55,234 bases of DNA, from IMG/VR virus record IMGVR_UViG_3300027895_000007, positions 1-55,234 of that record; one strand, given 5' to 3'. Of the stretch, positions 9,157-17,983 are shown in pieces. How positions within the stretch are numbered: position 1 is the first letter of the stretch; each line of letters begins with the position of its first letter. The notes below the pieces were generated by a model. The model worked only from the letters and a program-made list of their open reading frames with translations. It was not told the DNA's origin and did no database searches. The position numbers were made by a program, and so were the translations under genes. Source of the stretch: a virus (taxonomy: Duplodnaviria > Caudoviricetes).

Positions 9157-10166
9157 GCATCCGCATACTCCAAGGCGACGTGTTTGAGCAGCTGCCGTTG
9201 GTCGCACCAGGAAGCGTTGACGCAGTTTGCACGTCTCCACCCTACTGGATGTTGCGGAGCTATCTTCCCAAAGGCCATCCGCTGAAACACTTGGAGATCG
9301 GCGCGGAGAAGACGCCGGCCGCCTACGTCGAAAAGATGGTCCGCGTGTTCCGGCTCGTGCGCGACGCGATGGCGGAGCATGCGACGTGCTGGGTGAACAT
9401 TGGGGACACGTACACGCACCAACGCGGCAAGAGAAAGCCTGGCGACAAACACGGCCCGAAGCAACTGACGAACGAAGGCAGCTACGCCATGCCGAGCGCG
9501 ACGGTTGATGGCGTGACGGAAGGTAATCTCTGTCTCATCCCCCAACGCCTGGCAATCGCTCTTCAAGACGACGGCTGGGTCGTGCGGAGCATCGTGATTT
9601 GGCACAAGCCGAGCCCGATGCCCGCGAGTCTGGCGGGGTGGCAGTGGAGGCGGTGTAGGGCGAAAGTCAATAATCGGAAACAAAGTGTCGAGAAGAAATC
9701 GGAAAGCACAAATGGTAGACCACATGGAGCCAGAGCCGATAACGGCGTCGATTTAGCTTCGCGCGCTGAATGGTCCGACTGCCCCGGCTGCCCGAAGTGC
9801 AAACCCAATGGCGGCCTTGTCCTTCGCCGTGGCGGCTGGCGTCCCACGAGCAGCTACGAACCAATCCTCATGCTCGCCAAGAGCGCCAAGTATTTCAGTG
9901 ATGGGGAGGCGGTTAAGAAGATCGCGGAAGAATCCACCGTAAGCAGAATGGAGCAAGACATTCAAAGCCAGGATGGATCAGAAAGAGCAAACGGGACGGC
10001 GAAGACCAATGGGCCAATGAAGGCCGTCGGCGATGGCTCAACGGCGAACCTGCGAGATGTGTGGACTGGGATTGATCCGCTCATGAGGTTGAGGAAGGAT
10101 TTGACGCCTGAGCAGCGATCCTTTGTCGTTCAAAAAATGCTCGCCGCGGGTTCGCTTGAGTCATGA
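9153..10166 (+). CDS. N6A/N4C DNA methyltransferase, N-terminal (catalytic) half
   Basis: ILQGD, TSPPY, NIGDTY, IWHKP, RPTSSYE and NLRDVW motifs. Confidence 0.85.
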   Translation: MSIRILQGDVFEQLPLVAPGSVDAVCTSPPYWMLRSYLPKGHPLKHLEIGAEKTPAAYVEKMVRVFRLVRDAMAEHATCWVNIGDTYTHQRGKRKPGDKHGPKQLTNEGSYAMPSATVDGVTEGNLCLIPQRLAIALQDDGWVVRSIVIWHKPSPMPASLAGWQWRRCRAKVNNRKQSVEKKSESTNGRPHGARADNGVDLASRAEWSDCPGCPKCKPNGGLVLRRGGWRPTSSYEPILMLAKSAKYFSDGEAVKKIAEESTVSRMEQDIQSQDGSERANGTAKTNGPMKAVGDGSTANLRDVWTGIDPLMRLRKDLTPEQRSFVVQKMLAAGSLES

Positions 10167-10189
10167 AGCAGACGTGTGGAGTAATAACA

Positions 10190-10735
10190 ATGGATTTGAT
10201 TGCACGGTTGAGCGAAATTCCGCCTGAATTATGGGAGTTCTTCGAGCCTGTCCCGAATCAAGACAATTTGTGCGACACGTGGAAAATCGCGGCCGAGGCC
10301 CTCAAGGAAAAGCATTACGCGGCCTATCCCACGGAACTGGTCGAACGCTGCTTGCGGGCCGGTACATCGGCGAAGGGTTATTGCCCGACGTGCGGCAAGC
10401 CGTGGGTACGGATCGTCCAGAGCGACCCAGACCACTCGCGCGGCGAAGGGCTGACGCCGAAGGATAACCACCAGAACGGCCGGAGTAACTTCCGCACGAA
10501 CCCGCCATCGTCAATCAGCGAAACGCTGGGCTGGAAAGCGTCGTGCTCCTGCCCACCGGCGGAACCGCGGCCAGGACTTGTGCTGGACCCGTTCGCGGGA
10601 TCAGGGCGTACCGGCATCGAGGCGCGACGCCTGGGGCTGGATTTTGTCGGCTGCGAGTTGAACCCGGAGTATGTCGAGATGCTGACGCGGCGTATCCGGG
10701 GAGACTGCCCGCTGTTCAACGAAGTGGAGGATTGA
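10190..10735 (+). CDS. N6A/N4C DNA methyltransferase, C-terminal (SAM-binding) half
   Basis: HYAAYP, VLDPFAGSG and CELNPEY motifs; own GGAG RBS before ATG 10190 (alternative start 10163). Confidence 0.85.
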   Translation: MDLIARLSEIPPELWEFFEPVPNQDNLCDTWKIAAEALKEKHYAAYPTELVERCLRAGTSAKGYCPTCGKPWVRIVQSDPDHSRGEGLTPKDNHQNGRSNFRTNPPSSISETLGWKASCSCPPAEPRPGLVLDPFAGSGRTGIEARRLGLDFVGCELNPEYVEMLTRRIRGDCPLFNEVED

Positions 10736-10741
10736 AAACCA

Positions 10742-10903
10742 ATGTGGTACGGCTATCTAAGACGCACGCGGGAGGAAGAGTATTTCTGCGTCACGGAAGG
10801 CTACTCTACGAAAGACGCCTGCTCCGAGGCACTCCAGAAAGAGCGCGAGGCGCGGGGCTGGCTGCACACGTTTCAGGGGCTTTTGAAGTGGAGGGCTTGT
10901 TAA
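10742..10903 (+). CDS. Small hypothetical protein (53 aa)
   Basis: GGAGG upstream; TAATG coupling downstream. Confidence 0.45.
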   Translation: MWYGYLRRTREEEYFCVTEGYSTKDACSEALQKEREARGWLHTFQGLLKWRAC

Positions 10904-11028
10904 TGCAAACTGTGACCGAGTCGATGTTCGCTTGGGCCGGGCCCGGAGTATTCGCGGCTGAAGCTGCGCAGCGGGCACGGCAGCGATCCGAGTGAGTGGC
11001 CCGACGATCTTCGCGTGAGGGAGTTTCG

Positions 11029-11127
11029 ATGATCTGCTCCGAATGCGGCACGGTGTACGAGCCCATCACGGACGCTTACGAGTGTCCAGTGTGCGGCACG
11101 CCGAATTATCCCGATGAGGATTCATGA
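11029..11127 (+). CDS. 32-aa Zn-ribbon peptide
   Basis: CSEC...CPVC; GGGAG RBS. Confidence 0.5.
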   Translation: MICSECGTVYEPITDAYECPVCGTPNYPDEDS

Positions 11128-11254
11128 ATCATTTAGGCGGCGCGAAACGAGTGGCGGCTATGGATCTCAGAGCAAGGACGGCAACAACAATCCGCACCGG
11201 GAGCGCATTTGGTTCTCGCCTTCGTGCATGCGAGAAAAGAGCCTGTTCGACTAA
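11114..11254 (+). pseudogene. Relic resembling the C-terminus of a phage adenine methylase
   Basis: Reads GGYGSQSKDGNNNPHRERIWFSPSC...LFD*. Confidence 0.45.
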
Positions 11255-11646
11255 TCGCAGAAGCAACCCCTCGCCCTCTGCGGCCGTGCGAGAGCGCGGC
11301 AGTGTATCCTTGGTAGGCCAAGAGCCGGCTTTCCCGCAGTGAGGTCGCGGGATGTAAGAAATCAACCTCAGATGAATCCGGCCGGGCGGAGGTAAGCAAT
11401 CGCAGTGATGCGCACGCGGCAACTACCAGCAGAGGGCGGGGGAATTTTCAAGGTCGATGTCATGGCACAAAACCTCCACGAAAGCTTGCACGCCCTGATA
11501 CTCCGCATGCGCTTCCAGCGCTGGGCAGTGCGGCAGCTGCAGCGCTGCGCCTGTCCGTTCTGTCAGCATTATCTGATCGGCTTGTCGATGTGTCTGACCT
11601 GCTGGCGGCCGACGTGGGGCGAGGCACAAGTGTTGGAGAACCGCCG

Positions 11647-11829
11647 ATGACATACTTCGTTACCTACCTTGAAGTTGACAAACAGACGCACGAACGCAAA
11701 GAAATAACCAAGCGATTCTTCACGGTCGAGTTGCTGTTCGCGTGGCTTCAGGACTACAAAAACGGCGGCAACGGCTATCTGCTCAATTTTAGCGTGTGCA
11801 AGGGCGAGTGCATCTTCGACGGCAGCTGA
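11647..11829 (+). CDS. Hypothetical protein
   Basis: GGAG RBS before ATG 11647. Confidence 0.55.
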   Translation: MTYFVTYLEVDKQTHERKEITKRFFTVELLFAWLQDYKNGGNGYLLNFSVCKGECIFDGS

Positions 11830-11878
11830 AATAACTTCACGCTTTCAAATCTGACCGCTGCCGATTACAATCCCCCTC

Positions 11879-12463
11879 ATGGAATCTCTCGCCGAGCATG
11901 TTGCCGCCTTCCAGCGTGACGGCTACCGGTACATACCCGGCCTGTTCGATGAGCGGCGGATTTGCGAAGTCAAATACTATTTAACCATGAACCTGGATGC
12001 ACTCTTGGAGTCGATCCGAGACGGCACTTGCGAGCCAAAGGTACGGACCGGACACTTCCCCGACCGATTCCTTGCACGCGAACCGCTAGCCGGTTTCTGG
12101 CAAGACAACGCGGCCACTGACGGCCTGTTCAGCCTCATTTATCCATGCGGCTATAATCTGTCTGGCTTCGCTCCGACCGCACGATTTTTGCTACCTGGAT
12201 ACCTGGCCGCGCAGTGGCCGCCGCACAGCGACGATCAGTACGGCCCGTTTGTTGGGAAGCATTTCGTGACGCTCTGGATACCACTCACGCCGATTGACCA
12301 ACAGCACGGCGGCCTCTGCATCCACGACGGCGCGCAGCGAATCCGCTACGACATGCAGCCGGGCGATGCGCTGATTTTTCGCAGTAATGTGGTGCATGAG
12401 ACGATGCCAAACACATCGGAGAATGTTCGGTTGAGCCTGGATGGGCGATTTTTCGCAAGGTGA
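11879..12463 (+). CDS. PhyH-family 2OG-Fe(II) dioxygenase
   Basis: FQRDGY, HSD (HxD), VTLWIPL, MQPGDALIF, distal H in VVHET, R in VRLSLD. Confidence 0.8.
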   Translation: MESLAEHVAAFQRDGYRYIPGLFDERRICEVKYYLTMNLDALLESIRDGTCEPKVRTGHFPDRFLAREPLAGFWQDNAATDGLFSLIYPCGYNLSGFAPTARFLLPGYLAAQWPPHSDDQYGPFVGKHFVTLWIPLTPIDQQHGGLCIHDGAQRIRYDMQPGDALIFRSNVVHETMPNTSENVRLSLDGRFFAR

Positions 12464-12467
12464 TTGC

Positions 12468-12884
12468 ATGGCAAAAGCACAGGGCTGGTTCGATCTCGTC
12501 ACCGGCGTGACCGGCACGGCTACGCTCGGCACGGCCTCGGTCGGGGCGAATGCCACGTACAATTCACCGTGGGTGAACATCGGCGCGAACAGCTATTCGT
12601 CAAACCTGACGATCAACGTGGCCGTCGGGGCTACGTCGCTCGCTGCGGGCGTCAAGGTGCAGGTTCAAGTCGCCAACGACTACGGCACGACGACCAGCAC
12701 GGTCACGCCGGCAGCGCCGTTTACGAATCCGTGGAACACCGGGACCGGTGCGGCCAGCGCGACCTTCCAACAGGAGTTCGGGCCGATCGACGCGAGCCTG
12801 GCGGCCGTCCGTGCGCAGGTCACTGGCGATAGCTCAGGCGCAGCGACGATCTCCGGGTCTATCGGCAGCTGTTCAGCCATCTAG
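12468..12884 (+). CDS. Putative virion structural beta-rich protein
   Basis: Thr/Ala/Gly-rich composition. Confidence 0.6.
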   Translation: MAKAQGWFDLVTGVTGTATLGTASVGANATYNSPWVNIGANSYSSNLTINVAVGATSLAAGVKVQVQVANDYGTTTSTVTPAAPFTNPWNTGTGAASATFQQEFGPIDASLAAVRAQVTGDSSGAATISGSIGSCSAI

Positions 12885-12892
12885 GGTGATGC

Positions 12893-13750
12893 ATGGCCAT
12901 CATGAAACCAGGGTCGCCAGTGCTTCAGCCGGGCGTTGTCTCTGCCGGAATACAGCTCGCCTTCCCCGCCTACGAAGGATCAGGGCGCTCGAGCAGCGAC
13001 CTGAGCGGCAACGGCAATACGGGCACATTCAACGGCGGCACGGCGGCGGCGCCGGGTGTAACCTGGACTGCGGGACAATCCGGCTGGACCTGGAAATTCA
13101 ACGGCACGTCGGGTTACGTGACGACGCCGGGGCAGCCGTATGCGTTCGGCAAGAACAATTTTACCTTCGCGTGGACCGAGTTCCGGACCTCGAACGCCAA
13201 CGGCAAGGTTGCGATTGGGGCCAGTACGCTTTCCTCTGGATCGGCGGGCTATCAGGGCTTTCTCTTCGGCTACAGTTCCGGCGGCGCGAATCTGCTGGCC
13301 TACATGAGCAGCGCCTTGACGGCTTGGGACATCGTGAGCGGCACGTCGCTCGGAGCGGTCACGCTGAATGCCTGGAACACGTTCCACATCACGCGGAACG
13401 GCTCGACGTTCGTGGCCTACAAGAATGGTGTGCAGACTTCGACCTGGAGTTCATCGGCGGCCGTCTACGCTTCGACCGGATCGCTGGACATTGGGCAGTA
13501 CAACCAGGGAAGCGGCACGCTGTCGTACTTCACTGGCAATATGGAAAACGTGCGCATCTTCAATTTTCCGATGTCGCAGAGCCAGATTTTGCAGGATTTG
13601 ATTGATCCGTATGCTTATTGTCGGACAAAGAATCGACAGTTGTGGAAGAGTAAAGCGATAGCTGGTCGCGTGTGTTCACCATTCGGCTCGCCGATCATCA
13701 GCCTAAATCCTGTGGGACCGTCCGTCATTCATGGGAGGGTAGTTGCGTGA
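12893..13750 (+). CDS. LamG / concanavalin A-like domain protein
   Basis: DLSGNGNTG, FNGTSGYV, WNTFHITRNG..YKNG and YFTGNMENVRIFN motifs. Confidence 0.85.
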   Translation: MAIMKPGSPVLQPGVVSAGIQLAFPAYEGSGRSSSDLSGNGNTGTFNGGTAAAPGVTWTAGQSGWTWKFNGTSGYVTTPGQPYAFGKNNFTFAWTEFRTSNANGKVAIGASTLSSGSAGYQGFLFGYSSGGANLLAYMSSALTAWDIVSGTSLGAVTLNAWNTFHITRNGSTFVAYKNGVQTSTWSSSAAVYASTGSLDIGQYNQGSGTLSYFTGNMENVRIFNFPMSQSQILQDLIDPYAYCRTKNRQLWKSKAIAGRVCSPFGSPIISLNPVGPSVIHGRVVA

Positions 13751-15615
13751 GCGGAACCTACAAGGCCGGGGACGTTTGGTACATCGAATTCAGCACGGCG
13801 AACGCTTCTACCGGCGCTGCTCAGAATGCGGACACGACGACTGGAGCCGGACCGCTGCTCACAGCGAACCACAACGGTAGCGACGACACGGCGTTTGCGT
13901 TGATAGCCACAAACAAGGCGACGGGGCGTTATTTAGGCTCCGGCACGATCCCGCTGACATACAATCCCGGCGACGTCGTGAACATTACCGGGGCCGTGAC
14001 GGTGGGAGGCATCGGTGGCGTGGCACTGCTGGATGCGTTTGTGTTGGATCGGTTCCGGCTGGCAGACATTACGGACACATTCGGGTTCATGTCGGGCACG
14101 AACAGCGTGCGGCTCAATGGTATCGACTCACCTTCTCTGACCACGGCGGCTTATAACCGCATCCAGTTGAACCTTGCCACGACATCGCAACTTGGCAGCG
14201 TGACTTCGACCTACCTCGGAGCCGTCTCCATCGCAGGCTCCGGCACAGCCACGCTAGTTACAGGCACGGTGGCGACGACGACGAATATCACGGCGGGGAC
14301 GATTACGACGGTCAGCGGCAACGTGAACGGCAATGTGCTGGGCAGCGTGACAGCAACTAGCGCCAATGTCACAAAATGGCTTGGGAGCGTACCTGATGGT
14401 TTGCTCAGCGGTCTGATCCAGGTTGATGTTGAGCGGTGGATTGGAGGCCCTGTAACGGCGGCCACGGCTGGTGTTCCTGATGTAAACGTGAAGAATTATG
14501 CCAATGTTCAAGCTGTGGTGGATCAGAATAATCTGCCAAACGTAAATGTGCAAGATTGGGACGGCAATCAAGTAGAGTTTACAAACACCAACGGCGTGCC
14601 GATGGTTGAAGTCTACAAGTGGGACAACCAATCAGTCTCTGTGGACAGCAACAACTTCCCGAACGTGAACATGCAGGCCGCGAACAGCCACCCGATAACG
14701 AGCGACACGAACGGATTACCCAACGTCAACACCGCCGACATAGCCGGTGTCTCGGTTGGCCTCGGCGCAGGTGTGGGAGCGGTCACGATCTCCGGGCCAT
14801 CGCTGGGCACGGCGTTCGAGCCTCTAATCGCTTCGGATGGAACTACTACGGCAACCGTAAAGGGGACGCCGACCGTAACGGTATCGAGCGGCACAATAAC
14901 CACAGTGACAGGCAACGTGCTCGGCAACGTGCTCGGCAGCGTGGGCAGCGTGACAGCGCCGGTGGGCATCAACTGGGCAGCAATCTCGAATTCAACGGCG
15001 AGCGTGAACCTGTCGAACACGTCCATCAGCTTTGCCGGGAGCGATACGGCAAGCGGATCGAGCACGTTCACGGCGGCGCAGCTGCTGCAAATCTGGAACT
15101 ACGCCGGCCTTGCATCGTGCTCAGCAGGCACACCAGGCGGCATCCTGTTCAATCTCCAGGGAGCGGCCTCCTTCACTGTCACCAGTCCGTACAACGGCAG
15201 CGGCACGATTGCGCCGCTCGTAATCGGAGCGTCGTACCTGATCGCGAACAACAACCCGGCAGCCATCATCAATTTGACCGGGGTCCCGTCGCTCGTTGGG
15301 GCCGCGCTGAATTTCGGCATCCTCGGAGGACCGCCGCTGGTCTTCAACGGACCACTGAGCGGCATCCAGAACTGCGCGAACGTCTCCGGCGTCAACCTCG
15401 GTTCGGGCTCGCCGACGCTGACTGTGGAGTTTACTTCGCCTCAGACGACGCAGCTAGGCTCGACAACGATAACGCCCTCCGTGTATGCTCCATATCCGTG
15501 GCTGATTCAGGCGGCCTTATCGAACGGCAATACTATCCCCTTGGTGGGCAGCGTGTTAGAGCCGAATCAACAGAATCCCAGCGGCGTGGTGTTTGTGCCG
15601 AATCCGGCAGGGTAA
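13747..15615 (+). CDS. Repeat-rich putative virion fibre or spike protein
   Basis: GTGA-coupled; ~18-aa D.N..P.VN repeats and duplicated GTITTV.GNV.GNVLGSV. Confidence 0.65.
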   Translation: MSGTYKAGDVWYIEFSTANASTGAAQNADTTTGAGPLLTANHNGSDDTAFALIATNKATGRYLGSGTIPLTYNPGDVVNITGAVTVGGIGGVALLDAFVLDRFRLADITDTFGFMSGTNSVRLNGIDSPSLTTAAYNRIQLNLATTSQLGSVTSTYLGAVSIAGSGTATLVTGTVATTTNITAGTITTVSGNVNGNVLGSVTATSANVTKWLGSVPDGLLSGLIQVDVERWIGGPVTAATAGVPDVNVKNYANVQAVVDQNNLPNVNVQDWDGNQVEFTNTNGVPMVEVYKWDNQSVSVDSNNFPNVNMQAANSHPITSDTNGLPNVNTADIAGVSVGLGAGVGAVTISGPSLGTAFEPLIASDGTTTATVKGTPTVTVSSGTITTVTGNVLGNVLGSVGSVTAPVGINWAAISNSTASVNLSNTSISFAGSDTASGSSTFTAAQLLQIWNYAGLASCSAGTPGGILFNLQGAASFTVTSPYNGSGTIAPLVIGASYLIANNNPAAIINLTGVPSLVGAALNFGILGGPPLVFNGPLSGIQNCANVSGVNLGSGSPTLTVEFTSPQTTQLGSTTITPSVYAPYPWLIQAALSNGNTIPLVGSVLEPNQQNPSGVVFVPNPAG

Positions 15616-15621
15616 ATAGAT

Positions 15622-16152
15622 GTGGCCGAAAACAAACTACGTCCGAAGCAGCAGCGATTCGTTGAAGAGTACCTAATCGACCTCAATGCGACTCAAGCCG
15701 TAATCCGTGCAGGATATAAAGCAAAAAACGCCGATGTTACTGGTGCGCAATTATTGGGAAATCTTAGGATTCAAGCTGCAATCCAAGAACTTCAAGTCAA
15801 AAGGTCGGAACGCACAGAGATAACGCAGGACTGGGTTCTGAGCACGCTCAAGAAGAATGTAACGCGCGCAATGCAGGAAGAGCCGGTACGCGACCGCGAA
15901 GGAAACAACATCGGGGAATATCGTTGGGAAGGCAGCGTGGTAAATCGTGGTCTTGAGCTAATCGGCAAGCATTTAGGGATGTTTGGCGGCAATGACACCA
16001 TCACCGTTGGCGGACTTGACGACCGACTTCGACAGAAATTTGCAGAGCTTGTCACTAGCCGAAAAGCTGGCGATGGAACGGCTACTGGATGCGGAACTGC
16101 AACAGGAGAGGCTGATAGCCCAGATTCTCCGGAAGCCGTCTTCCCTGCTTAA
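15622..16152 (+). CDS. terS: Terminase small subunit
   Basis: KQQRFVEEYLIDLNATQA.IRAGY and LELIGKHLGMF motifs. Confidence 0.92.
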   Translation: MAENKLRPKQQRFVEEYLIDLNATQAVIRAGYKAKNADVTGAQLLGNLRIQAAIQELQVKRSERTEITQDWVLSTLKKNVTRAMQEEPVRDREGNNIGEYRWEGSVVNRGLELIGKHLGMFGGNDTITVGGLDDRLRQKFAELVTSRKAGDGTATGCGTATGEADSPDSPEAVFPA

Positions 16153-16852
16153 TTCAGTCGGTGGCGCCGATCCTTGGCAAGCGGAATTGCTCAAGTCGTG
16201 GTTCCCGCGCATGCTCCTGCTCTGCACGCGGCAGGGCGGCAAGTCGAGCGTAGCAGCGGCTATCGCCATCAAGACGGCTCTGGCCGAAAGAGGATCGCTT
16301 ACACTTCTGCTCTCCCCTACTCAACGACAATCTTCGGAGCTGTTCCGCGACAAGGTGATGAGGCTTTACAACACCATTGGCAAGCCTGTCCCTATCGTGC
16401 AGGAATCGGCTCTGACAATGACCCTGGCGACCGGGAGCCGCATCGTGGCTCTGCCAGGAGATGAAGAGACAATTCGCGGCTACTCAGGCGTCAAGTTGCT
16501 CGTGCTGGATGAGGCTGCCCGCATCTCGGACGAATTGTATCGTTCCGTTCGTCCTATGCTCGCGGTCAGCCAGGGACGACTAATCGCCCTGTCAACGCCG
16601 TTCGGCCGTCGCGGATGGTTCTTCGAGGAATGGAGCGGTTCAAACGAATGGAAGCGCGTGAAGATTCAGGCCAATCAATGCCCGCGTATCTCCCCTGCCT
16701 TTCTCGCAGAAGAGCGTGCGGCCCTCGGTGAGCGGTGGTATCGACAGGAGTATGAAGTCAGCTTTGAGGACACGATCGCGGCCCTATTCGCCTACGAGGA
16801 TTTGGCAGCTTCTTTGCGGTCAGACGTTCCAACAATGGTATTGCCAGAATGA
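15992..16852 (+). CDS. terL: Terminase large subunit, ATPase domain (start uncertain)
   Basis: DPWQ Q-motif, TRQGGKS Walker A, LVLDEA Walker B, LSTP motif, QEY. Confidence 0.88.
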   Translation: MTPSPLADLTTDFDRNLQSLSLAEKLAMERLLDAELQQERLIAQILRKPSSLLNSVGGADPWQAELLKSWFPRMLLLCTRQGGKSSVAAAIAIKTALAERGSLTLLLSPTQRQSSELFRDKVMRLYNTIGKPVPIVQESALTMTLATGSRIVALPGDEETIRGYSGVKLLVLDEAARISDELYRSVRPMLAVSQGRLIALSTPFGRRGWFFEEWSGSNEWKRVKIQANQCPRISPAFLAEERAALGERWYRQEYEVSFEDTIAALFAYEDLAASLRSDVPTMVLPE

Positions 16853-17574
16853 GCACTTATCGCGTCTGCGGACTGGACCTTGGAAAATCAATCGACTTCA
16901 CAGCTTTAACACTGCTCCAATGGAGCGAATGGCAACCGGGTGCGCCGCCAATCGTCTACAATGTCCCGGCCCTTCGCCGCTGGCCGCTGGGCACGTCCTA
17001 CGTCGAGTTATCGGCATGGATGGTGAAGTTCTTCCGCTCCTTCACCCCATCGCCGATAGAACCGCTGCCGCTGTTCGTGGTCGATGAAACAGGCGTCGGC
17101 GTGGCTGTCGTGGAGATGATCCGCGAGGCCCTGATTGATGCAAAGCTATTCCCCCGCATGGTGGCAGTCACAATCACCGGCGGATCGCAGGCTAACAACT
17201 TCGCTTCGGGACGCTGGCGAGTAGCCAAGAAGCAGCTGGCTTCGACGCTGGTCAAGCTCTTCCAATCCCATCGGATAGCGATAAGCAACAAACTGCCCGA
17301 AGCGGCAACGCTGGTGAAGGAAGCACAGAATTTCAGCGTGAAGATTACTCCGGCAGGCAACGAGACATTCGAGAGCTGGCGGGAAGGAACGCATGACGAT
17401 CTTGTCTTGTCGTTGGCCCTGGCATGCTGGGCAGCGGAGAATATCGGGTTGGGGGGTGAAATCCAGACTTCGGGCAATAGGGAAAAGGAAATGGGGATTA
17501 CTCCACTAGGAGTTATACCTGGCGAAGAGGCTTCGATGGATAGGGAATCGCGTCCTTGGTACGAGAAGCTCTAG
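16849..17574 (+). CDS. terL: Terminase large subunit, RNase H-like nuclease domain (separate gene)
   Basis: GLDLG..DFTA, VVDETGVG and HDDLVLSLALA motifs; ATGA overlap. Confidence 0.85.
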   Translation: MSTYRVCGLDLGKSIDFTALTLLQWSEWQPGAPPIVYNVPALRRWPLGTSYVELSAWMVKFFRSFTPSPIEPLPLFVVDETGVGVAVVEMIREALIDAKLFPRMVAVTITGGSQANNFASGRWRVAKKQLASTLVKLFQSHRIAISNKLPEAATLVKEAQNFSVKITPAGNETFESWREGTHDDLVLSLALACWAAENIGLGGEIQTSGNREKEMGITPLGVIPGEEASMDRESRPWYEKL

Positions 17575-17576
17575 CC

Positions 17577-17645
17577 TTGTTGCGCGTTACACGGCGCGTT
17601 ACAATTCCGGGCATGAAGACCTCGATAATCAATCTGCGCGTTACA
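17577..17645 (+). promoter_or_regulatory. Leaderless-type promoter with three GCGCGTTACA repeats
   Basis: TTGTTG-17 nt-TACAAT; repeats at 17582, 17594 and 17636. Confidence 0.55.
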
Positions 17646-17726
17646 CCGGAAGAGCGGGCGACTCTTGAGCCGGCAGAAAGGTCGGCAATGAGTAATCTTA
17701 TCTCTTCCGTTTCGCCGCAAACCTGA
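17613..17726 (+). pseudogene. Truncated ribbon-helix-helix-like regulator
   Basis: IINLRVTPEERATLE resembles the RHH strand and first helix; second helix looks degenerate. Confidence 0.45.
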
Positions 17727-17740
17727 TTACACTAGCAGGC

Positions 17741-17983
17741 ATGGAAAGCAAGCGTATCAAAATAGGAGACCACTGGTTCACTCTTCCAAATTTCGTGCGC
17801 GTCGAGTCGTTTGGCAACTTCAACCTGTTTCCGCCTACCTGCGTTTTTACATGTACATGTTGCGGATTTACATGTACATGTTGCGGATTTCAGACACAAG
17901 ACCATAACAAAATGGATGCTCACCAGTTTGCCGATCCTCACACGCTCTGGCAAAAGCTGCGCCGCTGGTGGAGGGGCTGGTAA
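17741..17983 (+). CDS. Small moron-like protein with 21-bp tandem duplication
   Basis: FTCTCCG twice; own -10-like TACACT; TAATG-coupled to the portal. Confidence 0.5.
   Translation: MESKRIKIGDHWFTLPNFVRVESFGNFNLFPPTCVFTCTCCGFTCTCCGFQTQDHNKMDAHQFADPHTLWQKLRRWWRGW

Noticed and set aside
16840-16860. Intron or intein at the TerL split
   Set aside because: The two halves overlap by 4 nt, leaving no intervening sequence, and no intein motifs are present.
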